A stretch of 64,000 nucleotides of DNA. Source: Dicyema japonicum. Its lineage: Eukaryota > Animalia > Dicyemida. Position 1 is the stretch's first letter. The number at the start of each line of letters is the position of its first letter. The stretch covers positions 180,094-244,093 of the forward strand of contig RDEW01000030.1 of NCBI GenBank assembly GCA_011109175.1, read 5' to 3'. Under the pieces are notes generated by a model, which worked only from the letters and a program-made list of their open reading frames with translations, had not been told where the DNA came from and searched no databases. The position numbers were made by a program, and so were the translations under genes. Below are positions 62,261-64,000 of the stretch, piece after piece.

Positions 62261-64000
62261 ATGACTTTGTTAGTTTCTCAGGTTGCAATGATTTGTCTCA
62301 AATTTCTCAGATATCCCCGAAAATAAAGATCTAATGAAATCGGTCAAAGAGACACGTGAGTAAATCGTTCTTTTATAAATCATATTGGGACGGCATATCA
62401 GGTAGAATAAATATAGGAAGCTGGCGACCATAAGAAGCACGCCAAAAGTCACTTTGTTAACAACGATCATCAACTTTCACATCGAGTCCTAGTAGTCTAA
62501 AAAATTGAGTACGTTAACACCTTTGGCCGGGTAGTTTCACACTGATGACCCTTGGAATAACGATTCCGAAGCTCTGATCTCAGGAAATCTACATCGTATT
62601 TTGTTTTCTCTGTGGAATAGTTGGCTACAGGTAGACAATAAATCGTAAGTTCTTTCAATCCGTGTTCTGTTTTTTGACTGAGAGGAAATTTTAAAGAAAA
62701 GTCAATAAGAATCTTCGAATGCAGCTTCATTTATTGGATTTGAGCTGTGGTAAAGTTGGGTGATCGGAGTAAAGTAATTGATATCTTATGCTCCGCATCT
62801 CAAGGTGATCACTGATCAGTAATATTCGTCTCCAACTTTAGGTGGCCAACAAGGGTAGATTTTAAAAAGCACGTTATACATCTAAAGGGTGAGTTTTAAG
62901 CCTGCTGAGATTTGATATGAGGGTGATCGATATGCATGTGACCTAGCTTTGAGAGTCATAAATAAGCGTCTTCCCGATAAATCGTTTGAAAGGTGAAACA
63001 TCCAAGTTTCTGTTTGAGCGACCTGCTACAGCACAATAAACATTTGTCGGCTGGTTTTAGCGCGTAGATTTTTATGTAGAAAAAAAGTTAATTTTTATAT
63101 TAAAAAAGGTGGCCAAAATCGCTTCGCGAAGACAGAATGCTTTAGAGATACTTTTACGTCGAGCCCTGGTGGTACAGGGCGAGAAAAGAGATCCCAAACT
63201 ACTCTCCCAGCAAGAGACGGATGATGTCTAAATTTCAAACGATAAAATTCCACTCTGACGGCCTTCGGAAGAAACAGTTTTGAAGCATTAATCTCACGAG
63301 GTCTGCGCTTAAGTGTCTTGTTCTCTTCGAGAGTTAGTAGAAAAAGAGACGTTATAAAAATAAAAGGTCCTTTCAACTCCCATAAAAGAAATAAGGATTT
63401 TTATTGAAAGCGAATAGGGATTTCACTCCTCTCCTAGAACCGCTAAAATTAAATTCGCATTTTGATTAAAGATTAATCGCTTATTTTAGTATAATTTTTA
63501 TCTCAATATTGATGTTTTTTGAAATAACAAAAATAGTATTTTCATATTCTTTAAACATTGCTTCACTTTCATATCCGAAGAACTCGCATCACTGAGAAAA
63601 GTTTAGTCTAACAGTTTAGGTGAACCAGGTTCTCACAATTAGAAAATCCATTCAACATCTGTAGTCTTCCATCGTACCCACTACTGTCCGGAAGCACAGG
63701 AAATCGATTGTAGAAGAGAATTTCTAGTCCGATCGACTTTCATTTGCCCGATCCTGATATAGGCGAAGCTGATTTTTGCCTTCTTTGCAAAAGCGGATGA
63801 ATTTAGCTCTGCATCTATGTAACTTCATTGAATAGGGAGTGTTTCTCGACCTCTTTTTTGCCAATAATATATCAGTTCCGATGATAATAAATTTTTTATT
63901 TAAAAATGATAATGTGATTTTTGACACATGTGATGGTTTAACAGATGGTCTATATTTGAATTCTTTAGTTGAAAGCTACTCTGAATCCACGATTTTATTT

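Overview
AT-rich eukaryotic (animal-like) nuclear DNA. Small islands of compact housekeeping genes sit in a dense mass of transposon remnants. Genes: RPS4, ORC6, CAP/Srv2, RCC1L head-to-head with STPG1, a C21orf58/PRR29-like DUF4587 gene, an RNI-like LRR gene, DCAF13/SOF1, ATG8 and tRNA-Gln(TTG). About 40 introns could be placed by hand using protein homology, and all are 21-36 nt. That size range matches what is reported for dicyemid mesozoans; the taxon is an inference. Mobile DNA: many CRE-clade 3' ends, RTE-type LINEs, an APE-RT LINE with a 2A/StopGo peptide, an R4/Dong-like element, IS630/Tc1, MULE and hAT remnants, and two tRNA-like SINE families. Each SINE family shares its 3' tail with a LINE family present in the window. 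Most notable: two ORC6 introns whose homology-predicted acceptors are TG rather than AG, the 2A-bearing LINE carrying nested insertions, the two SINE/LINE pairs, and duplicated flanks at RTE/SINE 5' junctions. Several conserved genes need a 1-nt insertion to restore frame, so assembly indel errors are likely and limit some conclusions. All family calls come from motif recognition, not database searches, and TE boundaries are approximate.
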